A DNA stretch of 64,000 bases from an uncultured Saccharospirillaceae bacterium (lineage in GTDB: Bacteria; Bacteroidota; Bacteroidia; Flavobacteriales_D; CAJJDF01), in assembly GCA_950054195.1 (NCBI GenBank), contig CATLPG010000010.1:622-64621 (forward strand), in the 5' to 3' direction. The translations under genes and the position numbers were made by a program. Below are positions 19,271 through 28,655 of this stretch, piece by piece. The notes beneath the pieces are model-generated. The model had not been told where the DNA came from, did not search any database, and worked only from the letters and a program-made list of their open reading frames with translations. The stretch's first letter is position 1; every line of letters begins with the position of its first letter.

Positions 19271-20302
19271 ATGAAAAAAATTACATTATTATTAGCAAGT
19301 ATGATTGGAGTTTCTAGCTTCTCTCAAATAACAATGATTTCAAGCGATTTTGTATCGGCTGGAGATGAAATAATTACAACATATGATAGTACCTCTTCTA
19401 TTACTGTAACAGCAGCTGGTGCTAATCAAACTTGGGATTTTTCTAGTTTAGAAGATCAAAAAAGAGATACTGCTTATGGTATCGACCCTACTACTGCTCC
19501 ACAATTCGCAGAATTCCCAGATGCTAACGTTGTTCTAGAAATAGACTTAGCTGGATTAGTTGCATTGAGCTATATAAAGAAAGAAGCTACTAAAGCCGAG
19601 ATAATTGGTATTGGTTATAACAATACATTAGCTCAATTTTCTAACAGTCAACAAATAGCTCAATTCCCAATGAACTACAACGATCGTTATGAAGATTACT
19701 ATAAATTCATTGCAAAAGGACCTGCATCAGATTTTGATGCTCCTGCTTTTATTGATTCTATAAGGTTAGAGTCAAGAGGTACTCAAATTAGACATGCTGA
19801 TGCATATGGAACTGCTATTATGCCAACGGGTAGTTTTGATGTTTTAAGAACTAGTGATACAACTTATGACACAACTATAACTTATGCTAAAATTTCAGGT
19901 TCGTGGACTGTTTTTGACTCTTCAGCAACCATTCAATTTCGTCATATTTATGAGTCTAATCACAGCGGAGTTAAAGTATCTTTAGTGTCTTATGATGTAT
20001 CAAGCGGTGGAACTTTAAATGGAAGAGTTAACTGGGAGTATGTTGATCCTGCGAGTAGCATCAACGAAAATCAGTCGTTTGATTTCTCTTTCTATCCTAA
20101 CCCTGCTCAAAACAAAATAAACATTACTAGCAAAACGCAAATTAATGGCTATGTTATAACAGATTTACAAGGAAAAATTATCCGTTCTAATAGGAGTAGT
20201 AACATTTCCTCTATTGATGTCTCTGATCTTGCTAAAGGATCTTACGTATTAACATTAATTAGTAATGAAAAAACCTCTTCTAAGCTGATAAACAAACAGT
20301 AA
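19271..20302 (+). CDS. T9SS type A sorting domain-containing protein (secreted, function unknown)
   Basis: 343 aa with a signal peptide. The C-terminal ~75 aa (20075..20299), 'FSFYPNPAQNKINITS...LAKGSYVLTLISNEKTSSKLINKQ', is a typical Por/T9SS CTD. Confidence 0.75.
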   Translation: MKKITLLLASMIGVSSFSQITMISSDFVSAGDEIITTYDSTSSITVTAAGANQTWDFSSLEDQKRDTAYGIDPTTAPQFAEFPDANVVLEIDLAGLVALSYIKKEATKAEIIGIGYNNTLAQFSNSQQIAQFPMNYNDRYEDYYKFIAKGPASDFDAPAFIDSIRLESRGTQIRHADAYGTAIMPTGSFDVLRTSDTTYDTTITYAKISGSWTVFDSSATIQFRHIYESNHSGVKVSLVSYDVSSGGTLNGRVNWEYVDPASSINENQSFDFSFYPNPAQNKINITSKTQINGYVITDLQGKIIRSNRSSNISSIDVSDLAKGSYVLTLISNEKTSSKLINKQ

Positions 20303-20322
20303 AAAACACTCATATTATATTA

Positions 20323-20352
20323 AATCCTGGTCAAAAGCCAGGATTTTTTTTG
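20323..20352 (+). terminator. rho-independent terminator
   Basis: AATCCTGG-TCAAAAG-CCAGGATT followed by a T8 run, 20 nt after the stop at 20302. Confidence 0.75.
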
Positions 20353-20450
20353 TTATAAATGAAACTTTTAATGTGTTATTCCGTTAATAATTTATATTTC
20401 TAAAATGGCATCCATGTAACATTCTACTCGTTTACCTTAAAAATCGGCTT

Positions 20451-21815
20451 ATGATTGGTTTAAGAAAAAAGATAGTTTTGTTTATAACAACTATCTCATA
20501 CGGAGTAGCATTTACACAGGAAAGTATAGGAGTAGTTTTAGATAATTATCAACCCCTACAAGGTTTAAAATTAAATCCTTCTGCAATTGTCGATCAAAAA
20601 CCATGGTTAAGTGTTCAAATAATTGGCGCTCATACTTATGGTAGAAACAATGCTGCTTTTTTAAATCAATCAACTTATATCAATAGAGCTGAAGAAGTAT
20701 CATTCAATGAAAACAGAAATAAATATTCAGGTTACTCAGATGTGGAGATTGATGGATTAGGAGCTAGTATTTCTTTAGGAAATTATGCTATTGCTATACA
20801 CAGTGGTGCTAGAGTAATTGCAAACGCCAAAGGAATCCCTGGCGAGCTTGCTAATGTAATTAACGATGAAACTAACACTCCTGCTGATGGCACCTATAAT
20901 TCCAATTTTGCAAGAGCTAAAGGTATGGCATGGGGACAAGTTGGTGTTACAGTTGGAAAAGTATTATTTAATAAAGGGGAACATTATATTACTGGAGGCT
21001 TAACGGTTAATCGTTTATTTGGGTTTGGAAACGCTAACCTTATTATAAACAATGCTAATGTTAACATAGCCAATGGAAATGCTACATTAAATAACCTTGA
21101 TGGTAAATACAGCTATGCTAATTTCTCTTTAAATGCAGGAAGAGGCTGGGGAACATCCTTTGGACTTACTTACAAAAAAATGAAAGATGAAGTGAGTTAC
21201 TATACTCCTCACTCAACATTATATAATTGTGGAACCGTTAACTATAAATATAAAATTGGAGTCTCCTTAATAGATGTTGGATATATCAATTTTAAAAATG
21301 AAGCGCAAGCTGCAAACTTTAATGAAGAAATGACTACCGAAGAGCTAGAAGCAATTTATGAAGAAGGAAGCGATGCTACTCTTAACCCTTCTAGAACATT
21401 TAATACTTCATTACCTACTGCAATTAGTGGTCAGTTTGACTATAATGTGAATGATTACATTTATTTAAACGCTTCAGTCATTCAAAAAATTACGGTTCCA
21501 AGTTTTTACGGAGCAGAAAGAGACAATCTTTTAGCTTTATCTGCTCGTTATGAATCAAAATGGTTTGGTGTTGGACTTCCAATTACATTACAAAACTACA
21601 AGCATCCACAAATTGGACTAGCATTACGAATGGGGCCATTAAGTGTTGGTACAGATCATATTTTACCTTTGTTTGTTCCAACTGATATTTATGCAGCTGA
21701 TGTTTATGCTGTGTTAAGATTTAACATTATGAAAAGCCCAGGATGCAGAAAACCCAAGCCTAAAAAGCAAAAAACCACTAGATATAAAAAAGTATATTGC
21801 CCAGCTTGGAAGTAA
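20451..21815 (+). CDS. hypothetical outer-membrane beta-barrel-like protein
   Basis: 454 aa with a signal peptide. Gly/Asn/aromatic-rich alternating segments suggest a barrel. The C-terminus is unusually basic: 'CRKPKPKKQKTTRYKKVYCPAWK'. No family recognised with confidence. Confidence 0.45.
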   Translation: MIGLRKKIVLFITTISYGVAFTQESIGVVLDNYQPLQGLKLNPSAIVDQKPWLSVQIIGAHTYGRNNAAFLNQSTYINRAEEVSFNENRNKYSGYSDVEIDGLGASISLGNYAIAIHSGARVIANAKGIPGELANVINDETNTPADGTYNSNFARAKGMAWGQVGVTVGKVLFNKGEHYITGGLTVNRLFGFGNANLIINNANVNIANGNATLNNLDGKYSYANFSLNAGRGWGTSFGLTYKKMKDEVSYYTPHSTLYNCGTVNYKYKIGVSLIDVGYINFKNEAQAANFNEEMTTEELEAIYEEGSDATLNPSRTFNTSLPTAISGQFDYNVNDYIYLNASVIQKITVPSFYGAERDNLLALSARYESKWFGVGLPITLQNYKHPQIGLALRMGPLSVGTDHILPLFVPTDIYAADVYAVLRFNIMKSPGCRKPKPKKQKTTRYKKVYCPAWK

Positions 21816-21821
21816 AGTTAA

Positions 21822-22160
21822 TCAAGACGAATACTTCATCCTTAATTGAACTTTTAACCATTGGCGTTTTACAATTAAAATAGCAATTGACTGTTCTAAA
21901 GTATAACCATCAATAGGTTTAACTTTAGATTCTGGTATGTCTATACGGTATAATAAATTTAAAAATGTAGCATATTCTTTGCTTAGTAGATGTTCAACAA
22001 CATCAACCAATGCATTCATTAAATACTGCGGTTCAATTGTTTCGAAATCATACGAGATGCCTGTAAACCTGAAATCTTTATCAAGTTGTTGGATTAACTT
22101 TTGATAGATTTCTTGACTTGGAGTTACCTCTAGTACTTGGTTAAGTATTAAATCAGACAT
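21822..22160 (-). CDS. hypothetical protein
   Basis: 112-aa ORF directly abutting the upstream DUF4159-like gene (0-nt gap), so it is operonic. Confidence 0.4.
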   Translation of the reverse strand: MSDLILNQVLEVTPSQEIYQKLIQQLDKDFRFTGISYDFETIEPQYLMNALVDVVEHLLSKEYATFLNLLYRIDIPESKVKPIDGYTLEQSIAILIVKRQWLKVQLRMKYSS

Positions 22161-22826
22161 TTAATTATCAGTAAAAGCAAATTGTACAATATTAGCTCCC
22201 ATTTGCAAAGCTTTTTCTCTAACGTCTTGAGGGTCGTTATGCACTTCTTGATCTTCCCAACCGTCTCCTAAATCGCACTCAAAAGAGTAAAAAACCATTA
22301 ATCGACCGTAATCATCAAATATTCCAAATCCTTGAGCAGCCTTATTATCATGCTCATGTACTTTAGGTAAGCCACTTGTAAACGTATATTTCTGCTTGTA
22401 GATTTCATGGTTAAAGGGCAGTTCTACTAGCTCTTTATTAGGAAAAACTTTTTTTAGTTCGTTTCGCACAAATTGATCCATCCCATAGTTATCATCAATA
22501 TGTAAAAATCCTCCTGAAAGTAGATACATTCTTAGGTTTTCTACATCATCTCCATTAAACACCACATTTCCATGTCCTGTCATATGAATAAATGGATAAT
22601 TAAAGATTTCAGGACTCCCAACGTCCACTTCAACTACTTCTTCATCAATATTCATATTTAACTGCTTATTACAGTATTTCACTAAATTAGGAACTGCTGT
22701 TGGGTTTGCATACCAATCCCCTCCTCCTCGGTATTTTAAAACCGCAAATTGATAGGTGGGATCTGGCAAAAATGTAAATGACCAAAATACAACTGCAATT
22801 ACGCTATATGTAATAAATTTCATCAT
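22161..22826 (-). CDS. DUF4159-like domain protein
   Basis: 221 aa with a signal peptide. 'FAVLKYRGGGDWYANPTAVPNL' and 'GGFLHIDDNYGMD' resemble the DUF4159 family as I remember it. Overlaps the upstream gene by 4 nt. Confidence 0.5.
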   Translation of the reverse strand: MMKFITYSVIAVVFWSFTFLPDPTYQFAVLKYRGGGDWYANPTAVPNLVKYCNKQLNMNIDEEVVEVDVGSPEIFNYPFIHMTGHGNVVFNGDDVENLRMYLLSGGFLHIDDNYGMDQFVRNELKKVFPNKELVELPFNHEIYKQKYTFTSGLPKVHEHDNKAAQGFGIFDDYGRLMVFYSFECDLGDGWEDQEVHNDPQDVREKALQMGANIVQFAFTDN

Positions 22827-23605
22827 ATGGATACATATCCTTTTGGTGGGGTGAAAAATGTTTCATCAACAGGAGCAAATGAAATATTTTTTATTTGTGC
22901 CTCCCCTATTTTTTTTGAAAGTTCTTTGCCTTCACTCCATTCGTAAAACTCCCACTGAGAAGCAATTTGTATACCATCTATCTGCTCGTAGGCAAAATAT
23001 CGAATAGCATGAGGATCTTCTTCTGCTTCTTCTTTCGTTTTATTAGCGGTTACTATGTAAGCTACATAATCTAATAAATTGTTTTGCTTATCAATATGTA
23101 ACATATACCAATCATCTGGAGCATCGCCAACGTCTTTTCCGAATGTAAGCTTAGCTTTTTTATGCTCGTTTTTTAAACCTAAATCATCAACCATCGCTCC
23201 TTGATCTGATAACTTATATGGAAGCAGAAAAAAGTAAGTCCAAGTATAGGCATCAAACCTTAATGATTTTTGTTCTTTAAATAAGCTTGATGCAAATACA
23301 TCATCATCATTTATGTATAAGGTATCTCCTGTATTATAAATAATCACAGCATCTTGTGAGTTTGTTTTGGTTATAAACTTTCCATTTAAACGTGGTTGCC
23401 CTCCAAAAGACAAGTCCAAATCAAAACTAATGACATCATTGTTTAAGAATTTCTCTTTTTTATGCGCATTTTCAACTTCTTCTACAAAGTTGTTTCTTTT
23501 ATGCTCTACCTTTTCAGATGTTCCCTTTGTATCTTTTTTTTCTCCACAACTGATCATAAGAAGAACGCCTGCAAATGAATATAAAATGTATTTTAATGTT
23601 GCCAT
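22823..23605 (-). CDS. hypothetical lipoprotein
   Basis: 260 aa with lipobox 'LLMISCGEKK'. No recognisable catalytic motif. Confidence 0.5.
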   Translation of the reverse strand: MATLKYILYSFAGVLLMISCGEKKDTKGTSEKVEHKRNNFVEEVENAHKKEKFLNNDVISFDLDLSFGGQPRLNGKFITKTNSQDAVIIYNTGDTLYINDDDVFASSLFKEQKSLRFDAYTWTYFFLLPYKLSDQGAMVDDLGLKNEHKKAKLTFGKDVGDAPDDWYMLHIDKQNNLLDYVAYIVTANKTKEEAEEDPHAIRYFAYEQIDGIQIASQWEFYEWSEGKELSKKIGEAQIKNISFAPVDETFFTPPKGYVSI

Positions 23606-23643
23606 ATGAAGTTAACTTACATTAAAGATACTTAAAATTGTGA

Positions 23644-24765
23644 TCAAGGAGTAGTTGTACTTCGAGGAGTATTTGTTCTTCCTATTTGATACCTAACAGA
23701 AAATACATTAGAATAAAGTGCAATAGAGTTATCTCCAATATCAGTTAAAGCGTAATCAATGTAAAAGTTTTTAATTTTTAACCCCAGACCAATGTTAGGT
23801 TGAGCTGATAAGTTTTCAGTTTCATCAAATTGACGAACCCATTGTACGTTTCCTAGACCAGTTCTTACAAAAACGACTCCTTTATAACCAAGTTCGATTC
23901 CTAGTTTAGGTTCTGCACTAACAAAGCTTGATCGAATTAGTGTATTGCGCTTTCCATCAAATGTAAAATCCAAATCGGCAGCTGCTAGTAAATTAAATTG
24001 TTTTGATAATTTAAATGATCTTGCTGCACCAACAACTAATCTAGGTATGGTTAATTCTGTTGAGTTTTGGGGAATTTCATTATTCGTAGAGTCAAACACT
24101 TCTTTTACTTCATCAGACAATGTATAGCTCCAAGAATTTACCGTAGAAGTTATGTCTCTTACAACAGCCCCAAATTTCCACTTTTTGTAATCATAACTTG
24201 CTGAAGCATCTATACCAAACCCCCATGCTTGAGCAAAATCGCCTATTCTTCTATGGATGATTTTAAAATTTGCTCCAGCATCAATATTATATTTCATTTT
24301 ACGGGCATAAGAAAATATAAAAGCATAATCTGCCGAAGAAAAAGTAGTTATACGATCATAATCTACGTTACCATCTTTATCGATTAATTGCGTAGTATTT
24401 GGTATATCATCTACTCCAAAACGAATAAAAGAAATAGCTCCTACACTTTTATCATCAATTCGTTTAGAAAAACCTACATAGTCATATTTAGCAATTCCAG
24501 CAAAATACTCTGAGTGTAACAAACCAATTTCCATTGGTGCTTTTGATTTTAGTAAACCTGATGGATTCCAGTAAGCTGCTGTTACATCATCAATATAACC
24601 TATTGCTGAATTACCCATCCCTAAACTTTTTGCTCCGATACCAATATTTAAGAATTCATTGCTGTATTTAGGAGCAGATGTTTGAGAAAAGCTAATGTGA
24701 GAAACAATAAAAGTTCCAGTTAAAGCTAAAAGGGATTTAAAATTCATTGGTTTATAAAGGTTCAA
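23644..24765 (-). CDS. PorV/PorQ family outer-membrane beta-barrel protein (T9SS-associated family)
   Basis: 373 aa. 'FLNIGIGAKSLGMGNSAIGYIDDVTAAYWNPSGL' matches the N-terminal signature of the PorV/PorQ family. An alternative start lies at Met7 (24747). Confidence 0.55.
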   Translation of the reverse strand: MNLYKPMNFKSLLALTGTFIVSHISFSQTSAPKYSNEFLNIGIGAKSLGMGNSAIGYIDDVTAAYWNPSGLLKSKAPMEIGLLHSEYFAGIAKYDYVGFSKRIDDKSVGAISFIRFGVDDIPNTTQLIDKDGNVDYDRITTFSSADYAFIFSYARKMKYNIDAGANFKIIHRRIGDFAQAWGFGIDASASYDYKKWKFGAVVRDITSTVNSWSYTLSDEVKEVFDSTNNEIPQNSTELTIPRLVVGAARSFKLSKQFNLLAAADLDFTFDGKRNTLIRSSFVSAEPKLGIELGYKGVVFVRTGLGNVQWVRQFDETENLSAQPNIGLGLKIKNFYIDYALTDIGDNSIALYSNVFSVRYQIGRTNTPRSTTTP

Positions 24766-24879
24766 TAGTCTAAAGTTAGGAAATAAACGAGAACTAATCT
24801 GTTTTAGTATGAATCTAGCAGATTAATAATTTTATGGTCGTTAATTTTCATATTAAACCATTAACCAAACAATATTTAT

Positions 24880-24909
24880 CAAACAAAATTTAGGGTCGAA
24901 CCCCCAAAT
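24880..24909 (-). terminator. candidate intrinsic terminator of the arsR-DUF6428 operon
   Basis: The minus strand reads ATTTGGGG-GTTCGA-CCCTAAAT (8-bp stem including one G-U) followed by TTTGTTTG, ~80 nt downstream of the stop at 24991. Confidence 0.4.
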
Positions 24910-24990
24910 TAATTGTAACACAATAAGCGAAGTTGTTATTACTATTGGCTTTTTATATTTTAAGAACAGCGGTTTCATTTATCTATAGAG

Positions 24991-25464
24991 TTAACAACAA
25001 CCACTACCTGGGGAACAACTATTTGTTTCGCCAACAGCTAAACTGGCTAATTGTTTCTTTTGCTTTGTTACAGGGATTCCACAACTATCTTTCGCTAAAC
25101 AATCAGTATACTTGTTTGTTAAAATAAATGTATTGTCTTCAAAGGCCAGTCCAAATCTACTAACTGTTTCTGTTTGATATTCAATTTCAATTTCTATGTC
25201 CTCTTTAACATAAAGTTCTTCAGCAATGGTTATAATTTTTAATACTTTGTCGGGTAATAATCGATGATCAACATCATCACTTACCCATAATTGAAAGCTT
25301 AAATATTTTTCTACCCTGTTTGTACCTCCACAGTCTATAAATTGTTTTGTAGTTAATCCTGCTTCAGTGATATGAAAATGCTTTGGAACTGATGTTCCAT
25401 TAGCAAGCTTAAAGTTAATTTCGTCTAACCCACTTAACCTTTTTTTAAATTCTGTAAATTTCAT
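24991..25464 (-). CDS. DUF6428-like protein (ars-operon associated), C-terminal Cys-rich tail
   Basis: 157 aa. The N-terminus 'MKFTEFKKRLSGLDEINFKLANGTSVPKHFHITEAG' resembles DUF6428 as I recall it. The protein ends '...NSCSPGSGCC'. Lies 18 nt downstream of the arsR-family gene. Confidence 0.5.
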   Translation of the reverse strand: MKFTEFKKRLSGLDEINFKLANGTSVPKHFHITEAGLTTKQFIDCGGTNRVEKYLSFQLWVSDDVDHRLLPDKVLKIITIAEELYVKEDIEIEIEYQTETVSRFGLAFEDNTFILTNKYTDCLAKDSCGIPVTKQKKQLASLAVGETNSCSPGSGCC

Positions 25465-25482
25465 GATTTTTAATTTTGATTA

Positions 25483-25833
25483 TTAGCAGCAGTTATTTTT
25501 TTCTGCTAGTTTACTTTTTATCCCAACAATATAATCTCCTATTTTTTCAATAGTATTCGTATTTAAGCAATAACAGATAGAAGCTCCTTCTATTTCTCCT
25601 TTAATAATCCCACTTGATTTCAATTCTTTTAAATGTTGAGATACTGTTGGTTGAGCCAAAGACAATTCATTTACAATATCTCCACAAATACAACTATCTA
25701 CTTTAAGTAAGTGCTCAATTATTGCTATACGAGCAGGATGAGCTAGTGCCTTCATCAAACTGGCTATCTTGTTCACTTCCTCTGTATACAAATTAGTTTT
25801 TGTTACCCCCATATTAAAAATACTATATAGCAA
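25483..25833 (-). CDS. ArsR/SmtB family metalloregulatory transcriptional repressor
   Basis: 'ALAHPARIAIIEHL', 'CICGDI' (the CxC As(III) site position of ArsR), 'LSLAQPTVSQHLKELKSSGII' (wHTH). Ends '...EKNNCC'. An alternative start lies at Met8 (25812). Confidence 0.8.
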   Translation of the reverse strand: MLYSIFNMGVTKTNLYTEEVNKIASLMKALAHPARIAIIEHLLKVDSCICGDIVNELSLAQPTVSQHLKELKSSGIIKGEIEGASICYCLNTNTIEKIGDYIVGIKSKLAEKNNCC

Positions 25834-25926
25834 TATTACGATTAATATTTTAATTCAACACCTATACTTCATCATTAATTTTTCCCGTTCATCAAATTCA
25901 TTGGATTAAATCCTAAAGAATATCTA

Positions 25927-25934
25927 TATATTTG
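25927..25934 (+). promoter_or_regulatory. candidate -7 box (TAnnTTTG) upstream of the M1 aminopeptidase gene
   Basis: TATATTTG lies 28 nt upstream of the ATG at 25963. It sits 1 nt before the TTG at 25936 used by the ORF track, which argues for the ATG start. Confidence 0.4.
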
Positions 25935-25962
25935 ATTGATTTTAATCACATACTATCTATCA

Positions 25963-28647
25963 ATGAAAATAAATAATTTACTTTTTGGACTCGGACTATT
26001 AGTAATGGGATGTACGACAAGCAAACAAACTACAGAAGTTGCTAAACAAACTACCTATCAAGAAGAAGAATTACTATCATTACCAGAATTAACTATTCAA
26101 GAGGACGCTATTGTAAGTGATTCTATAAAAGAGCTACCTATTTATAGAGCTAGTAATAAAAAAGTAAATGACTTAATTCATACAAAACTAGAAGTCTCTT
26201 TTGATTGGGAAAAACAACACTTGCTTGGAAAAGCTACGCTTACAATAAAGCCTTTCTTTTATGAAACGAATCAACTTGTTTTAGATGCTAAAGGCTTTGA
26301 TCTTCATAAAGTTCAATTAGTTAAAAATGGAAAATATACTGATCTTAACTACACTTATGATAGTTTAAAAATCACTATTGACCTAGATAAAACCTACACA
26401 AGAAAAGAAAACTACACGATTTTTATTGATTACACATCAAAACCTAACGATTTAGAGGCTGGAGGTAGTGCGGCTATTACAAGCGATAAAGGATTATATT
26501 TTATTAATCCATTGGGGAAAGATAAAAATACAATGCCACAAATTTGGACGCAAGGAGAAACACAGGCTAGTTCTTGTTGGTTTCCCACCATTGATTCTCC
26601 AAATGAAAAAACTACACAAGAGATCTATATAACTGTAAAAGATAAATATAGAACGTTGAGTAACGGTAAACTGGTTAGTTCTAAGAAAAATAACGATGGT
26701 ACGCGAACAGATTACTGGAAACAAGACCAAAAACATGCTCCTTACCTATTTATGATGAGTATTGGTGAATTTAAAGTTGTTACAGATTCTTGGACAAGGA
26801 AAGATGGATCAAAAATGACCGTAAATTATTATGTTGAGCCTGAGTGGGAGCAATATGCTAAAGCTATTTTTGGAAAAACACCAAAAATGTTAACTGCATT
26901 TTCTGATATGTTAGGAGTTGAATACCCATGGGATAAATACAGTCAAATTGTAGTACGTGACTATGTTTCTGGTGCAATGGAAAATACTTCTGCTGTTATT
27001 CATGGAGATTTTCTTTATCGTACTGATAGGGAATTATTGGACGCTGATAACGAATCTATTATTGCTCACGAATTATTTCATCACTGGTTTGGTGACTTAG
27101 TAACTTGTGAATCATGGTCTAATCTACCTATGAATGAATCTTTCGCAAATTACAGTCAATACTTATGGGACGAGTATGAACACGGAAGAATGGAAGCTGA
27201 TAGAAATGCCTATGGTGAAATGAATGGGTACAAATTACAAGCAAATCAATCTGGACACCACGATTTAATTTGGTTTGATTATGACACTCGTGAGCAAATG
27301 TTTGATGGTCATTCATACAATAAAGGAGGTAGAATCCTTAACATGCTACGAAATTATGTTGGCGATGAAGCATTCTTTTTATCACTAAAAGACTATCTAA
27401 CAAAAAGGATGTATAATACAGGTGAAGCACATGATTTAAGACTTTCCTTTGAGGAAATTACTGGTGAAGACATGAACTGGTTCTTCAACCAATGGTTTTT
27501 CGACAAAGGCCATCCAGATGTTGTTATTGACCAATCTTATGATAACGAAACGAACAAACTAACAGTTACAATTGAACAAAAGCAAGATTTTGAAAAATTC
27601 CCATTATTTAAACTTCCAATTGATATCGACATATATACAAATAGTGGAAAAGAAAGAAAACGCGTTTGGATGACTAAATCTTTGCAATCGTTTGAGTTTA
27701 ACACAAGCTTACCTCTATTAGTAAATGTTGATGCTGAAAAAATTCTTCTATGGGATAAAGAGGATAACAAGTCGGACGAACAATGGATTTACCAGTTAGA
27801 AAATGCTCCGCTTTATTTAGATAAAAAAGAAGCTTTTGATAAATTAAAGTCTAGTAAAAGTCCAGAAGCACACAGAGTAATTATTGCTATGCTTGATCAC
27901 CAATATGAAGACATCAAAAGCATGGCTATAAGCACGCTAAGAAAAGCTGTAAAAGAAAACGAAGAAGTTGTTAAAGCAAAGCTTATCAAACTAACAAATG
28001 ATCCTGTAGCCTCTGTAAGATACGATGCACTTAAAGCTTTAAAAAAGTATTTTAGAGACGATGCTGAAACTAAAAAAGCCTATGAATTAGCACTTGAAGA
28101 TCAATCATACCGAGTGATGGGGCTAGGTCTTAAAGAGCTTTTAAAAGATGATAAAGCAAAAGCATTAGTGATTGCTAAAAAGTATGAAAACTCGAACGTA
28201 GGATCTGTTAAAACATTAGTAGCGTCTGTTTATGCTAAAGCTGGAGGAAAAGATGAACACGACTTTTTTGTTCGTGCCATCAAAACTACAGGAGGTTTTG
28301 GAGTTATGGGGCTAATGAACGACTACAAGTCTTACTTATATAATCAAGATGACGAATCTTTTGAAAAAGCTGTTACAACATTTCAATCGGTAGCTTCTGG
28401 AAGTGGTGCTTGGTTTATTAAAATGCAAGGATACAATGCTATGTATAGTATGGAGCAAAAAATAAACAACCGAATTAGAGAGGTTGAAACAGAAATTGAA
28501 AACACTACTGATGCTGCTAATAAAGCACAGCTTGAAAGAGATTTAACATACCTAAAAAATGTTTTAATTAAAACAGAAAAGATTATTCAAGAAACTAAAG
28601 AAAATGAGACTGATAGTCAAATTTTAGAGCTCCTTAATCAAGAATAA
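25963..28647 (+). CDS. M1 family metallopeptidase (aminopeptidase N-like) lipoprotein with C-terminal HEAT-like region
   Basis: 'GAMEN' exopeptidase motif and 'HELFHHWFGDLVT...NESFANY' (HEXXH-x18-E). Starting at the ATG at 25963 gives MKINNLLFGLGLLVMGCTTSK, a lipoprotein signal. Confidence 0.85.
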   Translation: MKINNLLFGLGLLVMGCTTSKQTTEVAKQTTYQEEELLSLPELTIQEDAIVSDSIKELPIYRASNKKVNDLIHTKLEVSFDWEKQHLLGKATLTIKPFFYETNQLVLDAKGFDLHKVQLVKNGKYTDLNYTYDSLKITIDLDKTYTRKENYTIFIDYTSKPNDLEAGGSAAITSDKGLYFINPLGKDKNTMPQIWTQGETQASSCWFPTIDSPNEKTTQEIYITVKDKYRTLSNGKLVSSKKNNDGTRTDYWKQDQKHAPYLFMMSIGEFKVVTDSWTRKDGSKMTVNYYVEPEWEQYAKAIFGKTPKMLTAFSDMLGVEYPWDKYSQIVVRDYVSGAMENTSAVIHGDFLYRTDRELLDADNESIIAHELFHHWFGDLVTCESWSNLPMNESFANYSQYLWDEYEHGRMEADRNAYGEMNGYKLQANQSGHHDLIWFDYDTREQMFDGHSYNKGGRILNMLRNYVGDEAFFLSLKDYLTKRMYNTGEAHDLRLSFEEITGEDMNWFFNQWFFDKGHPDVVIDQSYDNETNKLTVTIEQKQDFEKFPLFKLPIDIDIYTNSGKERKRVWMTKSLQSFEFNTSLPLLVNVDAEKILLWDKEDNKSDEQWIYQLENAPLYLDKKEAFDKLKSSKSPEAHRVIIAMLDHQYEDIKSMAISTLRKAVKENEEVVKAKLIKLTNDPVASVRYDALKALKKYFRDDAETKKAYELALEDQSYRVMGLGLKELLKDDKAKALVIAKKYENSNVGSVKTLVASVYAKAGGKDEHDFFVRAIKTTGGFGVMGLMNDYKSYLYNQDDESFEKAVTTFQSVASGSGAWFIKMQGYNAMYSMEQKINNRIREVETEIENTTDAANKAQLERDLTYLKNVLIKTEKIIQETKENETDSQILELLNQE

Positions 28648-28655
28648 ACAACCCA

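Noticed and set aside
24888-24909. tRNA-like 'GGGTCGAACCCC' element resembling a T-arm
   Set aside because: The loop has 6 nt rather than the 7-nt TTCGAAT-type T-loop. No acceptor, D or anticodon arms can be folded from the flanks. A terminator hairpin for the arsR operon explains it better.
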